Under the pieces are notes generated by a model. The model ran no database searches, was not told where the DNA came from, and saw only the letters and a list, made by a program, of their open reading frames with translations. Of a stretch of DNA of 64,000 nt, positions 39,435 to 48,726 are shown one piece after another; the stretch's first letter is position 1, and the number at the start of each line of letters is the position of its first letter. Made by a program: the position numbers and the translations under genes. This DNA is from Methanobacteriota archaeon (GTDB lineage: Archaea; Thermoplasmatota; Thermoplasmata; SG8-5; JAGLSY01), in NCBI GenBank assembly GCA_020697715.1, contig JAEHCO010000002.1:1-64000 (forward strand), given 5' to 3'.

Positions 39435-39817
39435 CTCCTATTTTAGATGATGAATGACCTTTCTAGAACTGAGACTGAAGTATTCGATCTTTCTATACCA
39501 GATCTATCGCCAGAACCTATCTTCTAAACTATTCTGGCCCCATATATTTAATCTGAATCATATTTGATCACTACCTCGGCTCACTAGCCGATATTGCATT
39601 GATGTAAGTTTTTTTTTTGAAGACAAAGCTGAAGCTTCATCTTCAAAATCCCACATTCGAATGCAATGAATTATTGATTATCCCCAAGCTTTAGTCTTGG
39701 GGAGTTCTCAACTCTAAGCAATATGTGACATCCACGACACATATTGACTCTTTGGCCCCACGCCCTTTTTTTGGTCATTCATTGTCTATATGTTACTATG
39801 GTAAGTCCTTGTATATA

Positions 39818-41941
39818 TTACTTGTGTTCTTTGCCCCTCCTTTTTTTATCTTTCAGACCTCTGAATTTCGCGAACATGACAGCCCCTACAATGAATGTAG
39901 TGACTATGAGCAGGACTCCTGGGAATGGCATGGATAGTCCAAGATCTTCCGAATTTTCCACATTATAGTCGTCTGATGTTGAATTTCCAACTCCATCATC
40001 ATCTATATCTACTCCACCATTGGATGGGTATGTGCCGCTCACTGGTGTCGAAGGGTCTATCGCACTTGATGTTGTACTATTGGTGTCTGGAAGGGTCTGA
40101 GATGGGTCGGTATTAGCATCAGCATCAGTATCAATTGGTTGAGCTGTGGTTCCCCAGTCATATATTGTACCGTCTACTGGTATGTAACTGGTCTTGTATA
40201 ATTCATAGGTGGCGAGATCAAGACCTGCGGCTTCCAGAGCATCCTCCAGCTGATCACCAGAGATGAAGGATGTGTAGGGAGTGACAAAGTTGTAGCTCAC
40301 AGCTATTGAGATTATCTCATTAACGGTCTCATTGGTCTCACCCTCTACAGATATCTTATCCAGTAGATGATTGATCCTCGCATAGGCCCAGAATCTGGCC
40401 ACATAATCATTATCCGGGTCAGGATCTGAATGGAATGTTCTGGAATAGGTCATTGCCCCCAAGTCACTCATCGCGCTTATATCCGCTATAACCTCACTGT
40501 TACCCTTAGGGTAAATGCCAGAGACCACGATCTCCGAGCCCTGGAAGAGACTTTTTGTCTCTTTAGGATACCACATACTAGCATCTGGTGAGTATTCGAA
40601 ACTTATATTGCCGAGCATGGTCACGGATATCATGTCATAGAAATCGGTAATCTGGTCAGCTGCATCTGTCCCGAGATATATTTTCAATGCCTCTCCATCA
40701 TTCTCCAGTGAGATGGCCTCTAAAAGATCGAAATCAACATCATCTCCAAATCCAAGACAATATATCTGAGCCCCTATGCTATTTGAATTTATGATCTCCT
40801 GCCTTAGAATATCTGGATCCGTGCTGCCCTGACCATCGGTGAGCAGTACCAATATGGGATTGTCGCTCTCTGCCGATACCAGTTGATCCAAGCCGTCAAC
40901 CATTGCGTTTTTGATATTTGTCCCGCCTCCTGCACCGACACCATTTACGGTCGAGATCGCATCGGTCTTCTCTGTCGTATCTGCTGGAATAAGATCCGAT
41001 CCCAAAGGTTCACTAGTGACTGAATCGAATAGCACTATACCGAAAGAATCGCGAGTATCCAGGGCTGGCAAGATGGCGGAGAAAGCCTCTTTCACCTGTG
41101 CGATCTTATCACCAGTCATCGAACCGCTCTTATCTATACAGAAAGTGATCTGCTTGGGCATGGTATTGCCACCCACATCATCCAGTTCAGGAGAGAAGAT
41201 GTGCATGAAATAACCTGTATTATCGTCCTCGAAGAAGACCATATTCCCCTCATCCGAGGGATTGGCCACTTCATAGTTTATGATTATCATCTTCCCCAGA
41301 AATTCTGGGGCGTCGCTGGCCTTCACAAGAACCTTGCTGATGCTCTCTGTCTCGATAACAGGCTCTTGAAAACCAGATATTGTGACATTGCTGATCTCCT
41401 CCGTATAGTGGATCATGGCCTCAAATTCAAAGGTACCCTGGAAGGTTTCTGGATCAATGATCTGACTGTAATTGTAGAATCCTGTTTTTCGGGGTATGAT
41501 CTCCTCATATCTGAATACCACCTCTGCAGTCTCCCCTGCCTCGAGGTTGAAGCTATGTGTGTAAACAGAATTGCCACGGTACGTCATGTGACTGGCTGTT
41601 ACACCAATTGAGACCTGATAATCATAGGCGGCGGCAGCAATATCTTTCGGTACAACGATCGAATACATCACATCCTCTCCGATGGTCAGTGTAAGATTTG
41701 AAACAAGTGCTCTTTCCGAAATACTATAAGAAAAAGTATGTTCGGCCGCAATATCGCCATTGTTCACGAATCCCTGTGTCACCTCGGTAATGGCATATGA
41801 ATTATGTATTCTCACATCCACTTTGGTATATTCCATCTCTATATTACTGGTCTGATCGTCCTCCAATGCCATAACTGGCAGGACCAGCATCAATCCTAAT
41901 ACAAGCACACACATATTAATCAAAGCTCTTCCATCTGACAT
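39818..41941 (-). CDS. Secreted VIT + vWA (ITIH-like) protein with a membrane anchor
   Basis: Signal peptide, VIT-like N-terminus, MIDAS DKSGSM, GGTNI, LLTDG, GFG.DVD, VTPYTS, Thr/Asp linker, MPFPG + TM + basic tail. Confidence 0.88.
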   Translation of the reverse strand: MSDGRALINMCVLVLGLMLVLPVMALEDDQTSNIEMEYTKVDVRIHNSYAITEVTQGFVNNGDIAAEHTFSYSISERALVSNLTLTIGEDVMYSIVVPKDIAAAAYDYQVSIGVTASHMTYRGNSVYTHSFNLEAGETAEVVFRYEEIIPRKTGFYNYSQIIDPETFQGTFEFEAMIHYTEEISNVTISGFQEPVIETESISKVLVKASDAPEFLGKMIIINYEVANPSDEGNMVFFEDDNTGYFMHIFSPELDDVGGNTMPKQITFCIDKSGSMTGDKIAQVKEAFSAILPALDTRDSFGIVLFDSVTSEPLGSDLIPADTTEKTDAISTVNGVGAGGGTNIKNAMVDGLDQLVSAESDNPILVLLTDGQGSTDPDILRQEIINSNSIGAQIYCLGFGDDVDFDLLEAISLENDGEALKIYLGTDAADQITDFYDMISVTMLGNISFEYSPDASMWYPKETKSLFQGSEIVVSGIYPKGNSEVIADISAMSDLGAMTYSRTFHSDPDPDNDYVARFWAYARINHLLDKISVEGETNETVNEIISIAVSYNFVTPYTSFISGDQLEDALEAAGLDLATYELYKTSYIPVDGTIYDWGTTAQPIDTDADANTDPSQTLPDTNSTTSSAIDPSTPVSGTYPSNGGVDIDDDGVGNSTSDDYNVENSEDLGLSMPFPGVLLIVTTFIVGAVMFAKFRGLKDKKRRGKEHK

Positions 41942-42297
41942 ATTATCATATCCATATTTTGTACAATCCCCGGGAATTGTAATTGTATATTCATTCCGAG
42001 TTCATAAGTGGTTATTGGCAGGATCGTCCATTCGTTGACATGAACGTCAAAACGTTTTTTTTGAATTATCACTAAGCCCTTATTCCCCTATCATCGTACA
42101 TTAGAATTCAATTCAAGGCGAGCATATAAAAGCAGACTTGTACAGTTTTTTGTCTAATATTTATACTCGTTGGTACGGCCCTTTGTAAAAGGAAAGATCA
42201 ATGTTATTCTGTGAATATCATAGCTTCAAATCCTCACAATCTTCATATCAAAACTTGAGGATATTCAATAAATATAACTCCGGTATCTCGCATCCTG

Positions 42298-43245
42298 ATG
42301 AAACTTGCTCATTTGAGGATAGACAATCCCATTGTCCAGGCTCCCATGGCGGGTGTCACGGATGCTCCTTTCCGGACAATATCCAGAAGGTTCCATGATG
42401 GTCTGATCTTCACGGAGATGATCAGTGCCGAGGCTCTTTGCAGGAATAATGCTCGTACAATGGTATTCGCAAAGATGGAGAATGGTCATCATCCAATTGC
42501 TTTCCAGATAGTTGGAAGCAAGGTCGAAAGAATGGTCATCGCCGCAAGAATGGCAGAGAAGATGGGAGCAGATATCCTGGACATAAATGCCGCATGCCCG
42601 GAGAAGAATGTCATGCGTGGCGGTGCTGGTGGTGCTCTTCTGAAAGATCCTGATAAGCTGGCGGACATGGTGGGCCAGATATCCAGCAGCATAAACATTC
42701 CTGTTTCTGTCAAGCTCCGATTGGGTTATTACAGGAATGATTCACTCTTACTGGCCAGGAAATTGGAGGGCATTGGCGCGTCCTTTCTCACCTTCCACGG
42801 GCGTACTGTCGCACAGAAATTCAGTGGAGATAGTGATCGGGATGCTCTGAGAACTCTGGTCGAGGAGGTTGATATCCCTATCCTGGCCAATGGAGGCGGG
42901 CTTACCGAGCAGAAAGCAGTTGATCTGCTCCATCACACAGGGGCGGAAGGTGTGATGTTGGGTCGCGGCATACGCGGACGACCAGACCTTGTTGGCACAT
43001 CCTTTTCATTACTCAAGACCGGCCAGTATGAAAGAATGTCGAAAGACCTGCTCCTGAACACGATAATGGATCATGCAAGGTTGGAGAATGAATATTATGG
43101 GGTGGATCCTGGCATCAAGCGCATGCGCAAGCATGTTGTCTGGTATATGAAGGCCGCGGGACATCCGATTTCTCACAAGGAGGTATACCAGCTCAGGACA
43201 TTGGATGAGCTGGGTGCTTTACTGGCAATTGCTTTGGATCTATAA
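42298..43245 (+). CDS. dus: tRNA-dihydrouridine synthase (DusB-like)
   Basis: APMAGVTDAPFR, TEMIS, DINAACP, VSVKLRLG, HGRT, ANG, GVMLGRG. Confidence 0.92.
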   Translation: MKLAHLRIDNPIVQAPMAGVTDAPFRTISRRFHDGLIFTEMISAEALCRNNARTMVFAKMENGHHPIAFQIVGSKVERMVIAARMAEKMGADILDINAACPEKNVMRGGAGGALLKDPDKLADMVGQISSSINIPVSVKLRLGYYRNDSLLLARKLEGIGASFLTFHGRTVAQKFSGDSDRDALRTLVEEVDIPILANGGGLTEQKAVDLLHHTGAEGVMLGRGIRGRPDLVGTSFSLLKTGQYERMSKDLLLNTIMDHARLENEYYGVDPGIKRMRKHVVWYMKAAGHPISHKEVYQLRTLDELGALLAIALDL

Positions 43246-43385
43246 TTGTGAGGGGTCACAGTGATCTTGTGATTTTACAGGTCAGTTGATTTATATATTT
43301 TCGTAGGAATATTGATATACTATCCAATCATTATCACCATGATCATGGTAAAAGGCCATGAACGTATAATGGGAAAGTGATTAAA

Positions 43386-44036
43386 ATGGGACATGGAAAT
43401 TATCAACAACAACCGCCACCACAACAGTATCAACAACCACCACCACAATACCAGCAACCACCAAACTATTCGAATCCTGAGGCTGACAGCATCATAAGCA
43501 TGGTCAATATCGCCAGTATCTTCGGTATAATCATCGCTATAGTCGCTGTGCTTGGAGGTATTTATTTTATCTGGGCATACTCAACATATGAGGCAGTGAC
43601 CAGTATCTATGGTGACTATGGAATAACCAATCTTGAGGATTCCGCTGTAAGAACTGGCTTCATGATATACGCTGTAGTCCTTTTCTTGATATTCCTCTTC
43701 GGAGTTCTGTTCTTCGTGAGCTGTAGGAAGATCGCTGAACTGGTTCGCCAGGGCAGATATCAAGAGGGAAAATCCAAGGCATTGGTCTGGACAATAATCG
43801 GTATAATATTCGCTGGTTTGATACCAGGTATACTTTTGCTTATAGCATACCTGAAATTCGATCCACTGATAAGGAACACACAACCGAATTACATGCCACC
43901 GCCACAGCCACAGTATCAACAGCCACCACCACAACAGCAATACCAGCAACAACCACCGCCGCAGCAGTACCAGCAGCCCCCGCCACCACAACAGCAACCA
44001 CCGCAGCAGGGCCAACAACAGCCACCACAATACTGA
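43386..44036 (+). CDS. 3-TM membrane protein with Q/P/Y-rich N- and C-terminal tails
   Basis: QQQPPPQQY repeats at both ends, hydrophobic core ending IPGILLL. Confidence 0.8.
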   Translation: MGHGNYQQQPPPQQYQQPPPQYQQPPNYSNPEADSIISMVNIASIFGIIIAIVAVLGGIYFIWAYSTYEAVTSIYGDYGITNLEDSAVRTGFMIYAVVLFLIFLFGVLFFVSCRKIAELVRQGRYQEGKSKALVWTIIGIIFAGLIPGILLLIAYLKFDPLIRNTQPNYMPPPQPQYQQPPPQQQYQQQPPPQQYQQPPPPQQQPPQQGQQQPPQY

Positions 44037-44068
44037 TTTGTGACACGGTATGATACTACAAACCAAAA

Positions 44069-44110
44069 TGCAGAGGAGGGCGAAACTCCTCTGCAACTTT
44101 TAGATCTTTG
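44069..44110 (+). terminator. Hairpin terminator
   Basis: TGCAGAGGAG..CTCCTCTGCA followed by T-rich sequence. Confidence 0.75.
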
Positions 44111-44194
44111 ATAGTTTTTTCTAGATATTCTTTGTTTTAAGTGGATAGATTGAAATATATGGACTTCAGTATAGGCTCAATATAGGTGATTAAA

Positions 44195-44848
44195 ATGGGA
44201 CAAGGAAATTATTACCAGCAACCGCCACCACAGCAGCCGCCGCAACAGCAGGCCCCGCCACAGCAGCAAGGATACTATCCTCCGCAGCATATTGGAAGGG
44301 CAATGGAGCACGCAGATATCATATACAGATTCGTTGCTTATTTGATCGATGGTATCATATTAGCGATACCGGCTTTCATATTGGCCGCCGTTCTTGGCTT
44401 AGGCGCGGGAGTAGTAGGTATCTATGCCAGTGCTGCCATATCCGCTGTATTGGGTTTGTTATACTTCACTTTCATGGAGGGTGGCCAAGGTAATGCCACT
44501 TTCGGAAAGAAGATAATGAAGCTCAAGGTCGTTGATGAACAGTACAGGCCTATAACCATGAATGCTGCTTTGATCAGGAACATCATGCGTATGCTATGGG
44601 GATTGACCTTTTACGTCATGCTGATCATAGACATAATAATGATTCTCACAAGGGACGACAAGCAGAGGCTCGGGGATACCATCGCTCATACTTACGTGGT
44701 CAAGGAACCAGTATTTGCCCAGCAGGGCTACATGCCACCGCCACCACAGCAGTACCAGCAGCAACCATATCAACAGCAGGCACCACCGCCACAGCAACCA
44801 CCGCAGCAAGAATATCAGGCACCACCACCGCCGCCACCACAATATTGA
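44195..44848 (+). CDS. RDD family membrane protein with Q/P/Y-rich tails
   Basis: RFVAYLID, TFGKKIMKLKVV, RN..R, QRLGD.IA.T.VV. Confidence 0.9.
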   Translation: MGQGNYYQQPPPQQPPQQQAPPQQQGYYPPQHIGRAMEHADIIYRFVAYLIDGIILAIPAFILAAVLGLGAGVVGIYASAAISAVLGLLYFTFMEGGQGNATFGKKIMKLKVVDEQYRPITMNAALIRNIMRMLWGLTFYVMLIIDIIMILTRDDKQRLGDTIAHTYVVKEPVFAQQGYMPPPPQQYQQQPYQQQAPPPQQPPQQEYQAPPPPPPQY

Positions 44849-44886
44849 ACCAACATATTGCTGTGTGACCGTGGAATAAATGGAAT

Positions 44887-44930
44887 GCGGAGGGGATACA
44901 CACCTCTCCGCCCTCTTCTCTTTTGATGTT
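44887..44930 (+). terminator. Hairpin terminator
   Basis: GCGGAGGGG..CCTCTCCGC followed by a pyrimidine tract. Confidence 0.7.
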
Positions 44931-45026
44931 TTTATCTTATTACTCGAACTGATAACTTGTCATTCAATAGTGTTCGAAAAGTTATCGAAATAATATACAA
45001 ATTGAATCACTGAAAAATATACAAAA

Positions 45027-45276
45027 TGGCTGGCATTAGTGCGTAAGTCGAGAACCCCCAGGTCTTCTGGCCTGGGATGAATCGATTCGTCAGTAACGTG
45101 ATATCGCCGTATGCTCATCATTATCATTCACCCGAACTCGAAGCTGAATAAAGCTTCGAGTGTTCGAGCATATGGCCTTTTTTTGTAAACATACAGACAT
45201 AAAGGAACTGGCATCATATAATTGGCGTAACGCCAGGTCATTTATGGCCTGGTAGTTTAAAATAGCCAGCCAGTTC
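45027..45276 (-). mobile_element. Structured non-coding element, candidate non-autonomous IS200/IS605-type element or ncRNA
   Basis: Two related CCAGGCCA..GACCTGG hairpins (45233-45252, 45057-45076) in contexts resembling IS200/IS605 left and right ends, with a long central stem; no transposase ORF. Confidence 0.5.
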
Positions 45277-45290
45277 ATGTTTTACTTAGC

Positions 45291-45809
45291 TTATAAGGGT
45301 GCTTCGCCACTTATCACGTTCACCCTGCATGGGCTGCTGATCTTCAGACCGGCTTTCCACAGAGCGGTCTTCGCATCTTGGTAGTGGGCTTGGTTGACCT
45401 TGATCGTGATGATGGCCTGGCCTCTCTTGACCCTGGCGGCTGTACCCACGGGCTTTCCAAAGGCACCTCTCATGCCACTTGATATCCTATCTGCACCTGC
45501 TCCTGTTGCCATCTTGTTCTCCCTGATGACCTCATGAGGGTACACACGGATCTTTAAGAAATAACCCTGAGCACCTGTCTTCCTCTGGATGAACCTGTTG
45601 GCAGCAATACGAGCTGCTTCCAAAGAATTATGCCTGATCTGGCAGGAATCGTTCACAACGAGATGCATTTCTACTGCGAAATCCCCTTTCCTGTTTCCGG
45701 TCTCGAAATTGGTGATCCTCAAATGTGGAACTCCGCCCATATACTTACGTCTGGTATAGGACTGACCTTTGATCTGTCTGTACATCTTTGCTGGTTTTCT
45801 GCCTGCCAT
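45291..45809 (-). CDS. rpl10e: 50S ribosomal protein L10e (uL16)
   Basis: RKPAKMYR, YTRRKYMGGVP, LEAARIAANR, RENKMATGAGADR.S.GMR.AFGK. Confidence 0.97.
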   Translation of the reverse strand: MAGRKPAKMYRQIKGQSYTRRKYMGGVPHLRITNFETGNRKGDFAVEMHLVVNDSCQIRHNSLEAARIAANRFIQRKTGAQGYFLKIRVYPHEVIRENKMATGAGADRISSGMRGAFGKPVGTAARVKRGQAIITIKVNQAHYQDAKTALWKAGLKISSPCRVNVISGEAPL

Positions 45810-46017
45810 ATCTTTTTCCTCCTTTAAAGTCGGAATTTTGAAAGCAATCACTTCGCTCTCGCTTTCAGTTTCACCTTCCTGGTGTTGCCAATTAGGTAAG
45901 CCGCATAATAACTTGCTTTATATAACGTTTACCATTGTTCAATTAAGCCTATATAAGCCAAAATCATTTAATACAATCGCCTTTATGCCCTGATACCTTC
46001 AATAGGAGATCTGTCAC

Positions 46018-46992
46018 ATGGCTGATGATAAGAAGAAGCAAACTGCTGATAAGAAAAAGACCGAGACCAAGAAGTCCAGTCCAAAAAAGACTGAAACTAA
46101 AAAGTCCACCGCCAAGCCAAAGGCGTCCGAGACCAAGAAATCTGAAACTAAAAAGACCGAGACCAAGAAATCCAGTCCAAAGAAGGGCGAGAAAGTTTCA
46201 AAGGGAGATATAATTACCTTTGATTTCGATGCCTGGGTAGTCGATCAGGATGGTACAGATGAATTGTTCGAGACCACAAGCGAGGAGCTTGCCAAATCCG
46301 AAGATATATTTGACGAGAAGGCAAAGTACCAGTCACTGACCACATTGGTCGGAGCAAACAGAGTGGTTGCAGGTCTGGACAAGTCCCTTGAAGGCGCGGA
46401 AGTTGGCAAGAAGACAACGGTCGAGATACCACCATCCGAGGGTGATGGAGCCTGGGATCCAAAGCTTGTTGAGATATTTCCAATGAGGGAATTTGCCAAA
46501 GAGGAATATCAACCATATCCTGGAATGGAGGTCACTGTGAAGAACAAGACCGGAAGGATAGTCACTGTCCAGTCTGGACGTGTGAGAGTTGACTTCAATG
46601 CACCTCTGGCCGGCAAGACCGTCCGCTATGAATATACCATATCCAAGAAGGCGAACAAGGCCGATGAAAAGGCCCTGGGAATCATCGCCATGGACTATGG
46701 AAATTCTGAGGATTTCAATATAACTGGAAAGGATGACCTTTTGGAGATCACACTGCCCGAGATATGCAAGTACGATCAGAACTGGTTCGTCATGAAGTAC
46801 AGGGTTGTTGGGGATCTCAGGGAACACACGGATTTCAAATCCATCAAGTTCATCGAGGAATATATCAAGAAAGAAGAGCCAAAGGAAGAGAAGAAGGCAG
46901 ACGACAAGAAGGCTGATGACAAGAAGGAAGACAAGCCAAAGTCCAAGCCAAAAGCAAAACCCAAGGCCAAAAAGGATGAGAAGAAGGAATAA
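46018..46992 (+). CDS. Long-type FKBP peptidyl-prolyl isomerase (SlyD-like) with Lys-rich termini
   Basis: KGD.I..DF, FETT.EE.A, PYPGMEV, GRVRVDFN.PLAGK. Confidence 0.9.
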   Translation: MADDKKKQTADKKKTETKKSSPKKTETKKSTAKPKASETKKSETKKTETKKSSPKKGEKVSKGDIITFDFDAWVVDQDGTDELFETTSEELAKSEDIFDEKAKYQSLTTLVGANRVVAGLDKSLEGAEVGKKTTVEIPPSEGDGAWDPKLVEIFPMREFAKEEYQPYPGMEVTVKNKTGRIVTVQSGRVRVDFNAPLAGKTVRYEYTISKKANKADEKALGIIAMDYGNSEDFNITGKDDLLEITLPEICKYDQNWFVMKYRVVGDLREHTDFKSIKFIEEYIKKEEPKEEKKADDKKADDKKEDKPKSKPKAKPKAKKDEKKE

Positions 46993-47018
46993 TCCTTATC
47001 TCGCCATTCTTTCAGATT

Positions 47019-47048
47019 AAACTGCCAGGTATCTTTCCCTGGCAGTTT
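47019..47048. terminator. Bidirectional hairpin terminator
   Basis: AAACTGCCAGG..CCTGGCAGTTT. Confidence 0.7.
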
Positions 47049-47060
47049 CAATTTTCATAT

Positions 47061-48146
47061 TTATTTTTTAACAGTGAGCACGCCGATCAGGAACACGGAT
47101 GACATTGCCAGTAGTCCTCCGATACCAAGGAATGGAATGAGTATTAAGCTCATTCCCAGTGTTATGACCCTTCCCGAATTTAGGCAAAATTCTCTCATCA
47201 GCATCGCGCTTCCCTTGTTCTTTCCATCTCCGGCCTGGGTCATTAAGAATATGGCGACCATCGGTATGAAGAAGTTGAGAATACCCATTCCAAGAAGAAA
47301 TACATTGATATCACTGGCCATGCCGGCTATTACCATGCCCGGCATCGCTCCCAGCGCGCCTATCTTTGCGAATACCAGGCGCTTCTGTTCGCGGTCGGAC
47401 ACACGGGCGATGAAGACTGCCGCCAGTGTTCCGATGAGGGCGAAGAAGGAGAACATGATCCCGGTCTTGAACTCCCCACCCGCGAAATGGTAAGTGAGCA
47501 AGGGACTGGCAAAGAAGAACACACCTTCCTGCATACCCTGGAAGAACAAGCCTTTCCACAGGCTCTCTTTCATGCTCCTTATTCTCATTCTCAGCTTGCC
47601 CCAGGGCAGATCCCTGTAGATGGTGATCACGATGGCATTGATAAGTAGGATCATCGTCGCTATCAGGAATACGACATAGAAATCCAGGCTCTCGATTATC
47701 GAGCCACCCAATACTGGCATAAGAACAGCGATCACCGGGTATATGAAGAAGGAAACACCGATCGTGAACCCTCTGTTCGCATCTTTCGATTGCTGAGCCA
47801 GTAGCACATTGAGCGGTATCCAGAAAAAGACTATTTGAAAACCATAGAATATGCCTGGAATTATTAGCAGGGCGTATCCATCCAGTATGAGAAATGAACC
47901 GTAGGAGATCGCCAAAAATAGATTGGATGCCATGATCGATCTTTTGGAGTGCATGCCCCCTCTGTTCGATAGTATGATCGTTAAAACGATCGTGGTAAGC
48001 ATCGCGACTATCAGATAGATCAATGATTCCTGATACGAAAAGCCCCGATTCACAAGATATATCAGGCTGAAGGAACCCGCGATGGCCATGGCGATGTTCA
48101 TCATGGCCTGGACAATGAGCAATTTCTTGGCACCAGAGCTTATCAT
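47061..48146 (-). CDS. MFS transporter
   Basis: About 12 TM segments; ARVSDR loop motif; RE..LN.GR. Confidence 0.85.
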   Translation of the reverse strand: MISSGAKKLLIVQAMMNIAMAIAGSFSLIYLVNRGFSYQESLIYLIVAMLTTIVLTIILSNRGGMHSKRSIMASNLFLAISYGSFLILDGYALLIIPGIFYGFQIVFFWIPLNVLLAQQSKDANRGFTIGVSFFIYPVIAVLMPVLGGSIIESLDFYVVFLIATMILLINAIVITIYRDLPWGKLRMRIRSMKESLWKGLFFQGMQEGVFFFASPLLTYHFAGGEFKTGIMFSFFALIGTLAAVFIARVSDREQKRLVFAKIGALGAMPGMVIAGMASDINVFLLGMGILNFFIPMVAIFLMTQAGDGKNKGSAMLMREFCLNSGRVITLGMSLILIPFLGIGGLLAMSSVFLIGVLTVKK

Positions 48147-48151
48147 GGAGC

Positions 48152-48679
48152 CTATCCGATCTTCTTCAATCCATCAGGATATCTTTTGGTCGCCAGATCT
48201 GTGTAAATGCCTTTGAATTCCGTCCATTGTTTTCGATATTCTTCGGATGTCTGGGACACCACCTTCGCTGGCACCCCCACGGCAATGGCACCGTCCGGTA
48301 TTTCCGATTTGTTCTTCACAACAGCCCCTTCGCCTATCGCGGCCCATTCTCCGACATTGGAGTAATCGGAGACTATCGCGCCCATACCGACGACCACCCA
48401 ATCGCCAACAGTGGCATTGTGGATTATCGCGCCATGACCCAATGTGACATTACTACCTATCGTGCAGATATCTCCGGGTCTAGCGTGGATGGTACAGTTG
48501 TCCTCAACTGCGGTATTATCGCCAATTTTTATAGTCCCATAATCTCCCCGAAGAACAGCTCCAGCTCCTATGTAACATCCATCTCCGATCTCAACATCGC
48601 CGATGATCACGGCCTCATCGAAAATATAAGCACCCTTTCCTATCTTTGGCACTTTTCCTTCAAATTCGTATATTGTCAT
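48152..48679 (-). CDS. Gamma carbonic anhydrase family (hexapeptide repeat) protein
   Basis: IIGDVEIG, VLRGD, EDNCTIH, GHGAIIH, GVPAK. Confidence 0.92.
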   Translation of the reverse strand: MTIYEFEGKVPKIGKGAYIFDEAVIIGDVEIGDGCYIGAGAVLRGDYGTIKIGDNTAVEDNCTIHARPGDICTIGSNVTLGHGAIIHNATVGDWVVVGMGAIVSDYSNVGEWAAIGEGAVVKNKSEIPDGAIAVGVPAKVVSQTSEEYRKQWTEFKGIYTDLATKRYPDGLKKIG

Positions 48680-48726
48680 ATCATTACCTCTGATCGAATT
48701 GCAATTGTTCGCCAGGATCCGGTTGT

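Noticed and set aside
39445-39480. ATGATGA...CTGA as a C/D box sRNA
   Set aside because: No convincing C'/D' pair or typical length, and it overlaps the leader of the opposite-strand gene.
45027-45276. SRP RNA or RNase P RNA
   Set aside because: The SRP helix-8 GGAA/AGCA and RNase P GAGGAAAGUCC signatures are not found on either strand.
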